Positions 8,142 to 16,823 of a stretch of 64,000 nucleotides of DNA are shown piece by piece (within the stretch, counting starts at the first letter, position 1; every line of letters begins with the position of its first letter). This stretch comes from a virus (Duplodnaviria; Heunggongvirae; Uroviricota; Caudoviricetes). The position numbers and the translations under genes were made by a program. The stretch spans positions 1 through 64,000 of IMG/VR virus record IMGVR_UViG_3300005836_000011; one strand, 5' to 3'. The notes under the pieces are model-generated. The model was not told where the DNA came from, did no database searches, and worked only from the letters and a program-made list of their open reading frames with translations.

Positions 8142-8306
8142 GTGGAGATTAGGAATGGCTGCGGTTGTGTCATCGCCGTATATACGGGCAACGCAGTCGG
8201 GACTCCAAGAGAGAAGATTCGGATCGAACCTCTTGAGGTTCCGATTCCAAGGGAGGTTCCTGCGCCAGCTACCCCCGTTGAGGTGCCTGAGAAAGTGCCA
8301 GCGTAA
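8142..8306 (+). CDS. small Pro-rich hypothetical protein
   Basis: GTG 8142 with RBS gaaaggag at -6. The stop TAA overlaps the ATG of the 8306 gene. The alternative listed ORF 8155-8370 is Arg-rich and junk-like. Confidence 0.3.
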   Translation: MEIRNGCGCVIAVYTGNAVGTPREKIRIEPLEVPIPREVPAPATPVEVPEKVPA

Positions 8307-8884
8307 TGGCAAGTTTCTTCAACTGGCAGAGGTTCATAGGGCAGGGAGTGACGTCGCCACAGGCTTTTAGCAGTAGCGCCATGACTTATACGTTCTCCCC
8401 CCTGCATCTTGAGACTACGACTGAAATTAAGGATCGCGGTCTTGCAATCGAACCAATCGTGGGAATCAGAGAGTTCAGGGTCGACTTGGATGAAGAGCCG
8501 ACGATCTACTCCTTCAACGGCACGCCCTGGCCTCAGCGCCAGCCGTTGTATGCGTCCTGTGGTCATGATCTCTTCGGGGATCACGAAGTCCCAGATCCAG
8601 GTTGCTCCTGTGGAATCTACGCCTGGCATGAGAACCAGACGAGCGATGTAAACGGGAAGCTCTATGGAGAGGTGTACTTGTGGGGCGATGTGCTCATCTG
8701 CCAGGCTGGCTACCGCGCAGAAATCGCATACCCGAAGTCGCTGACCATTCGTGCCGTTTCAACACGATCTGCGCTACGTGTACGCGCAGGTCTGGAACTA
8801 GCTTATGGAGTTCCGGTGACTATCGTTGATCCCGTTCCTCCGATGGAAGGTACGTTCAATGACTTCAGCACGACTGATAAGTAG
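8306..8884 (+). CDS. hypothetical protein with Cys/His cluster
   Basis: ORF track; CGHDLFGDHEVPDPGCSCGIYAWHE. Confidence 0.5.
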   Translation: MASFFNWQRFIGQGVTSPQAFSSSAMTYTFSPLHLETTTEIKDRGLAIEPIVGIREFRVDLDEEPTIYSFNGTPWPQRQPLYASCGHDLFGDHEVPDPGCSCGIYAWHENQTSDVNGKLYGEVYLWGDVLICQAGYRAEIAYPKSLTIRAVSTRSALRVRAGLELAYGVPVTIVDPVPPMEGTFNDFSTTDK

Positions 8885-9055
8885 TGCGCTGTAATGCTCA
8901 GGTGCGTGCCCACGCGCTTACTCTTCGCTCCTGGCATAGTGAGGACGAAACGCCTCAGTGTCTTCGTCCTGCCAAGTACTGGGGCTACTGCTATCAGCAT
9001 TGGGCTGAACTTAGGCCACATCAGAGAGTTCTAACCCGGATTCTGGCGATACCCG

Positions 9056-9067
9056 CTAGGAACCTAG
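9056..9067 (+). promoter_or_regulatory. CTAGGAACCTAG 12-mer copy
   Basis: Exact copy immediately upstream of the RBS 'gaaggag' and the ATG at 9078. Confidence 0.5.
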
Positions 9068-9077
9068 AGAAGGAGTA

Positions 9078-9296
9078 GTGATGGGAAAGACGGAATACAA
9101 GGTGCTGTTCCGGGATGCAGGTAGTTGGATCGAGTTTGACGATACCGTGGAGGCAACGAGCGCCAAGGGCGCAATCCGAGCCGCTCTGAATGCAACAGAG
9201 GATTCATCAGGAGGAATCTTGTGGGCAGTACCACTCAGGAGCTTCAAGCCTATGCCCGTGAAGGTGGAGACAGAGAAGAAGCTCAAGATCGGGTGA
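9078..9296 (+). CDS. hypothetical protein
   Basis: ORF track; RBS gaaggag. Confidence 0.4.
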   Translation: MMGKTEYKVLFRDAGSWIEFDDTVEATSAKGAIRAALNATEDSSGGILWAVPLRSFKPMPVKVETEKKLKIG

Positions 9297-9796
9297 CCGC
9301 CCCGGCTAAGCACACGGTTCAACTTCTCGCGGAGTTGGAGAAGGTAGGAGCTGTCATTGACAACGGCCTCTTCCTTCCTGCCGACCTTGAGTACGACAGC
9401 TATGAGAGCGTAGGGGCAATGCTCGGCGCGCTGCATCAGGCAACAGGATTCCTGATCGGCGATTACCTCCTATATGGAGAACACACCTACGGAGAACGCT
9501 ACGCACAAGCCGCGCTGCTCTTGGGACTGTCTCCACAAACATGCGCGAACTACCAGTCGATCGCTAAACGCGTTCCTCCTGGTCGTCGCAAGGACGGGGT
9601 GAGCTTCTCTGTTCATGGCGAGGTTGCATCCTTGCCACCCGAGCTTCAGGAACACTGGCTGACCGTCGCTGCAAACGAGGGTCTCACAAAGCAAGAGATA
9701 CGAGACCGATTGCGTCCACCCAAGGAACTATCAGCAGCCGATAAAACCGTAACCTGCCCCCGCTGTGGATGTTCATGGTGGCCTGATGCAAAATAG
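9221..9796 (+). CDS. hypothetical protein, possibly DNA-binding
   Basis: GTG 9221 with RBS aggagga at -6. HTH-like segment LTKQEIRDRL and a C-terminal CPRCGC. Confidence 0.5.
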   Translation: MGSTTQELQAYAREGGDREEAQDRVTAPAKHTVQLLAELEKVGAVIDNGLFLPADLEYDSYESVGAMLGALHQATGFLIGDYLLYGEHTYGERYAQAALLLGLSPQTCANYQSIAKRVPPGRRKDGVSFSVHGEVASLPPELQEHWLTVAANEGLTKQEIRDRLRPPKELSAADKTVTCPRCGCSWWPDAK

Positions 9797-10211
9797 TGAA
9801 GCTCTATGTGTCTGCGGTTGTGGTCAACCCGTAAGCCGTGCTCTTCAGAACTTTCCCGAACGCGGCTATAAGAAAGGCGACTACTTTCGTTATGCCAGGG
9901 GTCATCGCGGCAAGCACCCTGCATGGAACAAGGGACATTGGAGCGAAGTAGTAAATGAGTTCTCAGCGAGAGTTCGGGCGCGTGGAATCAAGGGACCTGG
10001 TCTATGTGAACTAGTCCGCATTGGCGGATGCTCCCCAAGGCTCCACGTTCATCACATAGACGGAAATCCATTTAACAACGATCCAGCCAATCTTATGAGA
10101 CTTTGCATGTCCCATCATGCGCTTGTGGAGAGAGATCGCATTGACTTAGACAACCCAGTCATGCCACCATTCACTATCTCCAGTGGGAAACGGAGATACA
10201 GATATGGCTAA
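9786..10211 (+). CDS. HNH endonuclease
   Basis: CVCGCG Zn cluster and an HNH core LHVHHIDGNPFNNDPANLMRLCMSHHALV. Confidence 0.65.
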   Translation: MQNSEALCVCGCGQPVSRALQNFPERGYKKGDYFRYARGHRGKHPAWNKGHWSEVVNEFSARVRARGIKGPGLCELVRIGGCSPRLHVHHIDGNPFNNDPANLMRLCMSHHALVERDRIDLDNPVMPPFTISSGKRRYRYG

Positions 10212-10229
10212 CGGCGCATCGTTCTGGCC

Positions 10230-10547
10230 ATGAAAGGAGTTCGAATGACCGCATATCCCTATGCAGAGCGTATTGATCCAACGATCCGAAGTCAGATAGC
10301 TGTTCGTCTGGAGGCGGCTAACAGCGATTGGGAGTCTGGACGCGCGACTTCTCCTGATACCCTAGATTTCGTGAACTTCGCAGATCAGATCCTCAGCAAG
10401 CGGCTTGGTGACAAGTACATCGGAAGCACCGTCGAGGGACGCCAACTCATTGCGGATGCGATGTGGGAGATCCAATGCGAGGGGGGAAGATTGCAGGAGT
10501 GGGGCGACATGGCCGATTACCTCGTGGATCAGCTCGTCGCTGAATAA
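10230..10547 (+). CDS. hypothetical protein
   Basis: ORF track. Confidence 0.45.
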   Translation: MKGVRMTAYPYAERIDPTIRSQIAVRLEAANSDWESGRATSPDTLDFVNFADQILSKRLGDKYIGSTVEGRQLIADAMWEIQCEGGRLQEWGDMADYLVDQLVAE

Positions 10548-10548
10548 A

Positions 10549-10746
10549 ATGATTATCTGCAAGCTCTGTGGAAATCCGATCCATCAGCCACGACAGGCGT
10601 GGAAGGAACAGATTGGATGGGTTAGTCCACATGGTGCAAAGTCGATGACGGGGGCTTGGCAGACAGGAGAGTTAGCTCATCCGGAATGCATTAACCTCTT
10701 GCGCGCAAAAGTTCCGATCGAGCAGGAGTCCTTCGATGTGCTGTAA
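10549..10746 (+). CDS. small Cys-containing protein
   Basis: ATG 10549 just after the previous stop. MIICKLCGNPIHQ...HPECINLLRAK. Confidence 0.4.
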   Translation: MIICKLCGNPIHQPRQAWKEQIGWVSPHGAKSMTGAWQTGELAHPECINLLRAKVPIEQESFDVL

Positions 10747-10752
10747 GGATCA

Positions 10753-12354
10753 ATGCGCGTAGGCAGTCTCTTCTCCGGTTGCATGGGCTTCGATCTGGGT
10801 CTTGAAGCGGCCGGCTTTGAGATCGCATGGGCTTGTGAATCCGATGCGGCCTGCCGTCGAGTAATCGCACGACATCGTCCTGACCTTCCCGTATACGAAG
10901 ATGTACGTATGTTCTCCGAAGGCGAGAGCATTAAAGAGGTTCCCTATGTTGATGTAATCGCCGGAGGATTTCCATGCCAGGATCTATCGCAAGCAGGCTC
11001 AGGGGCAGGTCTCGCAGGTGAGCGCTCGGGACTCTGGTTTTCCATGCGAGATGCCATTCGCGCGCTTCAACCCGGATACGTCCTCATCGAAAACGTCCCC
11101 GGACTTGCAACCAAGATGGGTTCCCGCCCAGGAGAATCTGCTCTCGGAACAGTCATCGCTGGTCTGGCCGAAGCAGGGTATGTGGGATCTTGGATTCGCC
11201 TACGAGCTTCCGAAGTCGGCGCCCCCCACAAACGAGAGCGAATCTTCCTTCTTGCAGCTAGAGCCGACATTGACTCCGCGCGAACTGACTCCAGAGACAG
11301 CTTGGGCAGCCGGTCTGTTCGAGGGCGAAGGGTACTTCTGCAATCCAGAACGAAAAAAGCCACGACCTCGGATCATGGCTGGTCTGATCAGTACGGACGA
11401 AGACACGGTGCGCAAGTTCCACAAGATCGTCAGGATGGGGACAGTGGGGGGGCCATTCCCACAACAAGGGATAGGGAAAAAGCCTTATTGGAGATGGAAC
11501 GTATTTGGCCCTGTTGCTGTATCGGACCTGCTGGAGATGCTTTGGCTTGGCCTCGGGGAGCGAAGGCGTGCTACTGCTTCGGTGGTACTCGACCTTGTGA
11601 TTGCTGGCCGTCAGCAACATCCGCTCAAGGGAGACGTTCTCTTGCTGCCAACACCGAATGCATACGAATCGACACCCGCGCAGGATTATGTGGACGAGGT
11701 ACGCAAGAACCTAGACGATCCGCACAAACGCCTGTATCTACCGGGCCGGAAATGGCACGCACAGAGGACGCTATCGAGGATAGCCCCGCTTCTGCCGACA
11801 CCGGGAGCAAACGACTCCACGGGTCCGGAGAACGAGACGAGGAAGAAGCGACAGAAGAAAGGCACGGGGGGACCGGCTCTACGCGATCTGACGCATCTCC
11901 TTCCGACACCGACAGCGGGAGACGCGAACTCGTCGGGGTCGAGGAAGCTTCCGAGTTCGAAAGCGCACGCGGGGACGTCACTGACGGATGCGATCGTGAG
12001 AGAAAAGCTGCTTCCGACACCGACAGTGAACGACGCGAGAAACACCGGAGGCCCATCACAGCACACGAGAAACTCACTTCCGCTGGTCGAGATAGCGAGG
12101 GACGTGAGTGGGGCGTCTATGGACCAGCAATCAAGCGATGGACAGATGCCTTCGGGAGAGAACCCCCAAGACCAACTGATGATCGAGGGAGATTGAACCC
12201 CGCCTTTACGGAATGGATGATGGGATTTCCCGACGGATGGACGGAGGGCGAGAGCAGAACGCAAAGGCTTAAAATGCTTGGTAATGCTGTCGTCGTACAA
12301 GTGGGTGAGGTGGTTGGTCATATGCTCATGGAGGGAGCGATGCGTGGAGAGTGA
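10753..12354 (+). CDS. DNA (cytosine-5)-methyltransferase, Dcm-like, interrupted by a frame-shifted LAGLIDADG-like domain (possible pseudogene or recoded gene)
   Basis: Frame +1 carries motif I (LFSGCMGFDLGL), IV (GFPCQDLSQAG), ENV (LIENVPGL) and VIII (HKRERIFLLAAR), ending at about 11262. Frame +2 (11267-12100) carries a LAGLIDADG-like block and four LLPTP-x-A-x-D TRD repeats. Frame +1 resumes at about 12100 with motifs IX/X (WGVYGPAIKRW...RLNPAFTEWMMGFPDGW, GNAVV). Confidence 0.7.
   Translation: MRVGSLFSGCMGFDLGLEAAGFEIAWACESDAACRRVIARHRPDLPVYEDVRMFSEGESIKEVPYVDVIAGGFPCQDLSQAGSGAGLAGERSGLWFSMRDAIRALQPGYVLIENVPGLATKMGSRPGESALGTVIAGLAEAGYVGSWIRLRASEVGAPHKRERIFLLAARADIDSARTDSRDSLGSRSVRGRRVLLQSRTKKATTSDHGWSDQYGRRHGAQVPQDRQDGDSGGAIPTTRDREKALLEMERIWPCCCIGPAGDALAWPRGAKACYCFGGTRPCDCWPSATSAQGRRSLAANTECIRIDTRAGLCGRGTQEPRRSAQTPVSTGPEMARTEDAIEDSPASADTGSKRLHGSGERDEEEATEERHGGTGSTRSDASPSDTDSGRRELVGVEEASEFESARGDVTDGCDRERKAASDTDSERREKHRRPITAHEKLTSAGRDSEGREWGVYGPAIKRWTDAFGREPPRPTDDRGRLNPAFTEWMMGFPDGWTEGESRTQRLKMLGNAVVVQVGEVVGHMLMEGAMRGE
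11252..11600 (+). mobile_element. LAGLIDADG homing-endonuclease-like domain embedded in the methyltransferase gene, in frame +2
   Basis: TPRELTPETAWAAGLFEGEGYF...DEDTVRKFHKIVRMGTV...YWRWNVFGPVAVSDLLEMLWLGLGERRR is colinear with the free-standing genes at 17226 and 36670 (revcomp). It begins 5 nt after methyltransferase motif VIII, with no ATG (possible TTG at 11270). Confidence 0.6.
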
Positions 12355-12595
12355 ATACGAGATCAGAACCGCTGCCTATGAGGCGGTTGCAAACGGAGAG
12401 GCGGAGGTCGTTGGAGAAGAGGACGGCGAACCCGTGTTCAAGCTCACAGAAGCAGGTCGCACGCGTGCAGAAGAAATCATCGACGCTGCTATTAGACGCT
12501 GGGGTCACGAAGCTCCGGAGCAGCTAGCCAACGCGCTTGGTGTCTCTATCGAGATCGGCGAGGAACTGGTGGCGCTGAGAGAAGGTACAATCTAG
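12344..12595 (+). CDS. hypothetical protein (HTH-like C-terminus)
   Basis: GTG 12344 overlaps the methyltransferase stop. Same frame as ORF track 12278-12595. Confidence 0.4.
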   Translation: MESEYEIRTAAYEAVANGEAEVVGEEDGEPVFKLTEAGRTRAEEIIDAAIRRWGHEAPEQLANALGVSIEIGEELVALREGTI

Positions 12596-12597
12596 TC

Positions 12598-12927
12598 ATG
12601 ACCGCTATGTGTGAGCGTTGCGGTATGGATGCGCCAGCTCCTAATGACGACTGGTGTAAGGATTGCATCTTGGAGGTGGAGATAATCTTGGCCGAAATGG
12701 AGGAACGCCAAGAGCCAGACTTTCGCTGGCGAGCGCTCGGTAATAACGGGAAGTACACGTTCGAGGATCTTGAGATGCGAGTCGCTGAATACGAGGATGA
12801 ATACGGACTACCCTCTGATGCGCTCCTCGAGATGCATCGGGATGACCGCGCTCCCGATGATCTTACGAGCTTCGATCGTCATGTATGGCTAAGCCTCTAT
12901 CGAGAGATGCTGGAGCATAAGCAATGA
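12598..12927 (+). CDS. hypothetical protein with N-terminal Zn-ribbon (CERCG...CKDC)
   Basis: ORF track. Confidence 0.45.
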   Translation: MTAMCERCGMDAPAPNDDWCKDCILEVEIILAEMEERQEPDFRWRALGNNGKYTFEDLEMRVAEYEDEYGLPSDALLEMHRDDRAPDDLTSFDRHVWLSLYREMLEHKQ

Positions 12928-12991
12928 CTAAATTCCTCTTAGGGATTGGCGTCGCGTCCGTCGCCCTTATCAGTACTGGCATCGCGGTGGT

Positions 12992-13231
12992 TTGGCGTGG
13001 CCTTCAGTGGAAAGCGTGACAGAACAGAAATACGAATACGCCTACCATTGGAAAAACACACCAGAGCGCGAGAAGTTGTTTGGCAAGCGCTGTCGTGTAG
13101 TTACGATGGGCGGAGGGTTGCGCACCGTGCTCATCGAGTTCGAGGATGGAAACAGGATGGTCGTCTCACAACGCGCTATCAGGAGGGCAGATGGCGGCCG
13201 GCTCGGAGCAAATAAGCAAGAAATGGATTGA
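12992..13231 (+). CDS. hypothetical protein
   Basis: ORF track (TTG start); RCRVVTMGGGLRTVLIEFEDGNRMVVSQRAIRR reads as a real protein. Confidence 0.4.
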   Translation: MAWPSVESVTEQKYEYAYHWKNTPEREKLFGKRCRVVTMGGGLRTVLIEFEDGNRMVVSQRAIRRADGGRLGANKQEMD

Positions 13232-13421
13232 GGGCGCGGGGCGAATCTGCTGTAAATGCGGAGTCCAGATCACGAACATGGCAAAGCAGGTAGGTGAAGT
13301 GCGCACGCGCTATGGGTCGAAAAAGCATCTCCAACGAGAGATCGTCTGCATGGACTGCATGGCCGCAAGAAGTGCTGCGCTCGTGAAAGAAACACGCGCG
13401 CGCCTGGGACTTCCTCAGTGA
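13190..13421 (+). CDS. Zn-ribbon protein
   Basis: ATG 13190 after 'aggagggcag'. CCKCG...CMDC. Confidence 0.45.
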
Positions 13422-13696
13422 TAGTTCGTGTGCGTTTCATCGGCGGTCCGTTCGATGGACTAGCGCAAGGTTGGAATGTTCAACGCGCGCTTCCCGAGAG
13501 GCTAAGAATGTCTTACCGACTTGCCGATGCTCGGGGCGGCGTACGTATGGAAGTTACCGATCCTTCCGCCTGCGGCGCTCTGCTCTCCCATGAGCGTGAG
13601 TCGGATGAAGTCGTCTACCGCCAGCGTGAACTTGGAGAGTATTACTTCGATCCTATTTCCGATGACTTTGAGGTTATGGCAATTGGCTCAGCCTGA
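13418..13696 (+). CDS. hypothetical protein
   Basis: ORF track; GTGA overlap with the previous gene. Confidence 0.45.
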   Translation: MIVRVRFIGGPFDGLAQGWNVQRALPERLRMSYRLADARGGVRMEVTDPSACGALLSHERESDEVVYRQRELGEYYFDPISDDFEVMAIGSA

Positions 13697-14024
13697 TCCC
13701 AAACCACCACGCGTAGTTCGAAACAGGGAACTTCTGCGCCTCCTACACGGTCGCTGGAGAGAATGCGCTCTCTGCCACACAACCGCCAATCTGTCCCTCC
13801 ATCACATCCACAAACACCCCAGAGATGATGTGAAGGGAAATCTGGTAATGCTCTGCGGGGACGGCGTCCAGGGCTGTCACGGACTCATAGAGAGCAACGA
13901 CGCGCCCACTGTGAGGCGCCTGATGCAATACATCATGGATTCGCGCCCCGACACTATGGCATACCTCATGGTGAGATTCGGTCCGGTATCTGCAACGGAC
14001 TGGATCAGGCGCCAAATGTCCTGA
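13686..14024 (+). CDS. HNH endonuclease
   Basis: C-terminal part of ORF 13521-14024: CALCHTTANLSLHHIHKHPRDDVKGNLVMLCGDGVQGCHGLIE. The N-terminal 55 aa of the listed ORF are low-complexity. TTG near 13686 is the likely start. Confidence 0.6.
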   Translation, partial: AQPDPKPPRVVRNRELLRLLHGRWRECALCHTTANLSLHHIHKHPRDDVKGNLVMLCGDGVQGCHGLIESNDAPTVRRLMQYIMDSRPDTMAYLMVRFGPVSATDWIRRQMS

Positions 14025-14055
14025 GTGCACCCTAGGCTTTCAGTAGAGCTATGTC

Positions 14056-14274
14056 ATGGCCGTAAAACCTAAGAAGCCTGAGAAGGCCGTAAAGGAGTTC
14101 GATGAGTTCGAGCGCTTGACGCGCTGGCGCTTCCAGGCCCTTCTTCGAATCGGCCTCGCTCCCGATCAGGCGGTGACTCTTATCGAAACGGCCGACGTTG
14201 TCCACGCTGCGCAGGACCTCGCTGACCGGGGATGCCCTCCGGCGATCATCGCCTCGATTTTGCAGGGAGATTAG
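14056..14274 (+). CDS. hypothetical protein
   Basis: ORF track. Confidence 0.45.
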   Translation: MAVKPKKPEKAVKEFDEFERLTRWRFQALLRIGLAPDQAVTLIETADVVHAAQDLADRGCPPAIIASILQGD

Positions 14275-14313
14275 TCCTCGTGTCCGCTTGTAGCTAGTAG
14301 TATTCTTGCCATC

Positions 14314-14679
14314 TTGGAATACGACAGACGTCTTTGCAAGTGCCATGATCTCCCTATGTACAAGAATGGAGTCTCACCCACCGGGCGGCAAAGATACCGA
14401 TGCTCCGTTCAAGAGGTAATTAGGTGGGCGGAGCGTTACCGATCAGATTCGATATGGCGAGAGAAAGTTCGTTCCCGTAGGGAAAAAAACAGGCAGGCGA
14501 GACGCGCCGATGGGTTTTGTGCCGATTGCGGTAACAAGAGACTTTCCGACTGGTATTGCTGGGAGTGTCTCAATAGAAGAGACTTCGGCAAGATCGACAA
14601 GGAGGCACTTAAGTGGCAAGACTCTCAGACCACACTCTCCGAGATGCCCAACACGCTGCTCGTTCAGCTATCCGGGTAG
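14314..14679 (+). CDS. double Zn-ribbon protein (InsA/IS1-type transposase-like zinc ribbon)
   Basis: CKCHDLPMYKNGVSPTGRQRYRCSV resembles the C..C...KNG...G.QRY.C ribbon of IS-family transposases. Second ribbon CADCGN...CWEC. No transposase catalytic domain is present. Confidence 0.4.
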   Translation: MEYDRRLCKCHDLPMYKNGVSPTGRQRYRCSVQEVIRWAERYRSDSIWREKVRSRREKNRQARRADGFCADCGNKRLSDWYCWECLNRRDFGKIDKEALKWQDSQTTLSEMPNTLLVQLSG

Positions 14680-14702
14680 AGGTATCTCGCTACATAAGGA
14701 GG

Positions 14703-14864
14703 ATGGATGAGCTGGCGTTCGCTCACATCAAGTCCTGCATCGAGCGAGGAGAAGCCGTCGACGGAACCGAGCTCGGGCGAGAAGCTGGCACCCTTGCCAT
14801 TTCTACCTACATCGCCCCCGGTGAGCCACACGCGGCTATCGACGCTCCCGGAAATTCCTCCTGA
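14703..14864 (+). CDS. small hypothetical protein (53 aa)
   Basis: ATG 14703 with a strong RBS AAGGAGG. MDELAFAHIKSCIERGEAVDG... Confidence 0.4.
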   Translation: MDELAFAHIKSCIERGEAVDGTELGREAGTLAISTYIAPGEPHAAIDAPGNSS

Positions 14865-15423
14865 ATCAGTTACTAAGATCCTAGACTGGGACTGCGAAAC
14901 AATTGCTGCTGGTTTCGCTGATCCAGATTGGGTTCCCCAGAAGATCACCTGTGTAGCTTGGTCTTGGATTGGCTCTGATCAGATAGAAGCTCGTATCTCC
15001 ACATCTGAAGGATTGTTCTCCCAGCCCAGGAAGCGCTATGAGATGCTCGAGCCACTCCTACAAGCCATCGACGAAGCCGATATGGTAACCGGACACAATC
15101 TCCTTCGCTTCGACCTGCCGGTGCTTAATTCAGAATGCCTTCGACTAGGGTTTCCTTCCCTAAGAGGGATTCTCGTCCAAGACACAATGCGACTGGTTAG
15201 AACGAAAGGATTCAAGAAGGGTCAGGACAACATTGCATCTCTAGTCAAAGTGCCGATCAACAAGCTTTCATTGTCCTGGCAGCAATGGCAGGATGCTTAC
15301 GAGGAGCCGGGTTGGGAGACGGTGATTGAACGTTGCAAGAGTGATATAGCGAGTCACAAACTCATGCGCCAGGAAATGTTGGAACGCGGGTGGCTGAAAT
15401 CTCCGATCAAATGGAATCCATGA
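14821..15423 (+). CDS. DEDD-family 3'-5' exonuclease (DnaQ/RNase T-like)
   Basis: Exo I ILDWDCETIAAG, Exo II MVTGHNLLRFDLPVL, and His-containing Exo III near SDIASHKLM. The N-terminal 55 aa of listed ORF 14707-15423 are Ser/Pro low-complexity. GTG 14821 is proposed as the start. Confidence 0.65.
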   Translation: MSHTRLSTLPEIPPESVTKILDWDCETIAAGFADPDWVPQKITCVAWSWIGSDQIEARISTSEGLFSQPRKRYEMLEPLLQAIDEADMVTGHNLLRFDLPVLNSECLRLGFPSLRGILVQDTMRLVRTKGFKKGQDNIASLVKVPINKLSLSWQQWQDAYEEPGWETVIERCKSDIASHKLMRQEMLERGWLKSPIKWNP

Positions 15424-15716
15424 ACGAGATCGACCACGTCATCTTGGACGCCAAGCTCAAGCGCCATGAGGAGTGGACACCTAAGGCCGTCGAGATGATG
15501 ATTGCTTGGCTGCACGAGCACCCTGATGAACTTATCGCCATGGCTCGTGGCCGGCATGTGTGGGGGCACTTCAGATTCGGTGACCGTAATTACGCAGAGT
15601 ACGATCAGGATCGTCTGATCGCAGAAGCCGCTGAGGAACTCGCTGACTGCGTGAACTACTTGGCTCTCTACTTGCGCCGTCAGGAAGAAGCAAGGACTAG
15701 AGGAGATCTGCTCTAG
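15419..15716 (+). CDS. hypothetical protein
   Basis: ATG 15419 overlaps the exonuclease TGA (ATGA). ORF track 15390-15716. Confidence 0.45.
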
Positions 15717-15724
15717 GTTCCTAG
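15713..15724 (+). promoter_or_regulatory. CTAGGTTCCTAG 12-mer copy
   Basis: Exact copy overlapping the stop codon of the 15419 gene. Confidence 0.5.
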
Positions 15725-15776
15725 CGCTTTGGTTAGACCGAAGTTTTCTGTAGGCTTTCAATACTTACCTACAGCC

Positions 15777-15800
15777 AGGAAGGGGCTTTTGGTCCCCTTC
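15777..15800 (+). other. GC-rich hairpin (ggaagggg / ccccttcc)
   Basis: 8-bp stem with an 8-nt loop. No T tail on either strand. Confidence 0.3.
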
Positions 15801-15870
15801 CGTCCGAGCGTCGACAGGTTCGGCGCAGAGCGAGTAAGGAGGAACGCGTATCCGAGTTGGCATACTCGTT

Positions 15871-16542
15871 TTGTTTGCAATCGCAGTAGTAGTAGTATCT
15901 ATCGCAGTGACCAATTTCACGACAGCTTCGGGCGCGGCGTCCACATCATCGACGAGTGGCCTGCCAAGCGTCGCGCCCGTACATTCGGAGCGGGCGACGG
16001 TTCGTAAGCTCGCAAGGGCCACGACGGGTACCCGCGTGCGAACGGCCCGCTCCGGTTCATGTAAGAGCGCCCGCAAGGGCCTCACCTACTACCTACGCCA
16101 GGAAGCTCTCTGGCGCTACAAGATGGGGGCAGGAGTGTCCCGTGCGACGCGGGTATCGCCAGGAGAGGCGAGCACCTGCCCCCGTATTCGCTATCTCGCG
16201 AAGAAGTGGAAGGGCAAAGCAGCATCAGCGAGGGTTCGTTACCAACGCTGGCATGACTATCACTGGGCCTGGTCGAAGTGGCTTCCTGGTGAATGGCGAG
16301 CACGCTCTCGCTGTGAACTTGGGTATGACCTTCAGCCACGTTCGTGGCGTTCCAACGTTTTCACCAGAAATGGGAACTTCCAGGGCTTCGTAAACTTCTA
16401 CAACGGCACTTGGGATTCTTACCGTCAGTCGGGATTCCCGTCCGAGGCGTACCTCGCTACTCCGCGCCAGCAATACGTAGTTGCTGTCGCGGTCGCAAAT
16501 GACGTCGGTCTTGGTGCATGGCAGAGTTGTGCCTCACCGTAA
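15871..16542 (+). CDS. secreted or membrane-anchored Trp-rich protein (moron-like)
   Basis: N-terminal hydrophobic MFAIAVVVVSIAVTNF, then a basic, Trp-rich domain. Flanked by 12-mer copies, with its own downstream terminator. Confidence 0.5.
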   Translation: MFAIAVVVVSIAVTNFTTASGAASTSSTSGLPSVAPVHSERATVRKLARATTGTRVRTARSGSCKSARKGLTYYLRQEALWRYKMGAGVSRATRVSPGEASTCPRIRYLAKKWKGKAASARVRYQRWHDYHWAWSKWLPGEWRARSRCELGYDLQPRSWRSNVFTRNGNFQGFVNFYNGTWDSYRQSGFPSEAYLATPRQQYVVAVAVANDVGLGAWQSCASP

Positions 16543-16583
16543 TCCACTAGGTCAGCACCGCGGGTTGAAGCCCCGCGCACCAT

Positions 16584-16730
16584 ATGAGTAAGCACGACCG
16601 AGCACGGCAAGAGAAGGACCAACGTAATGCGCTCTACGCGGAAAAGTACCGCCAGCGCAAATGCCATCAATGCGGACACAAGAGTAGTCGCCGTGGAAAG
16701 TGCATTTTGTGCGGCGGAGAAATGAGGTGA
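16584..16730 (+). CDS. small Zn-ribbon protein (48 aa)
   Basis: ATG 16584. CHQCGH...CILCGG. Below the ORF-track cutoff. Confidence 0.35.
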   Translation: MSKHDRARQEKDQRNALYAEKYRQRKCHQCGHKSSRRGKCILCGGEMR

Positions 16731-16779
16731 TTGCCTCTGAAGCCTTACAAGTCTGACTTGCAAAAGGCATTAGAGTGAC

Positions 16780-16822
16780 AAAGCGGGGAGAGCCAACATC
16801 GGCTTTCCCCGCTTTTTGTCGT
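16780..16822 (+). terminator. rho-independent terminator
   Basis: aaagcggggagagcc, loop aacatc, ggctttccccgcttt, then ttgtc. Confidence 0.6.
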
Positions 16823-16823
16823 T

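Noticed and set aside
11067-12321. Minus-strand ORFs (98-211 aa) overlapping the methyltransferase gene
   Set aside because: Ser/Arg/Pro-rich low-complexity translations; antisense of a recognisable methyltransferase.
10753-12354. Intein interpretation of the LAGLIDADG block inside the methyltransferase
   Set aside because: The block is out of frame with both exteins, is only about 105 aa, and lacks intein N- and C-terminal splicing motifs (Cys/Ser1, His-Asn-Cys/Ser/Thr).
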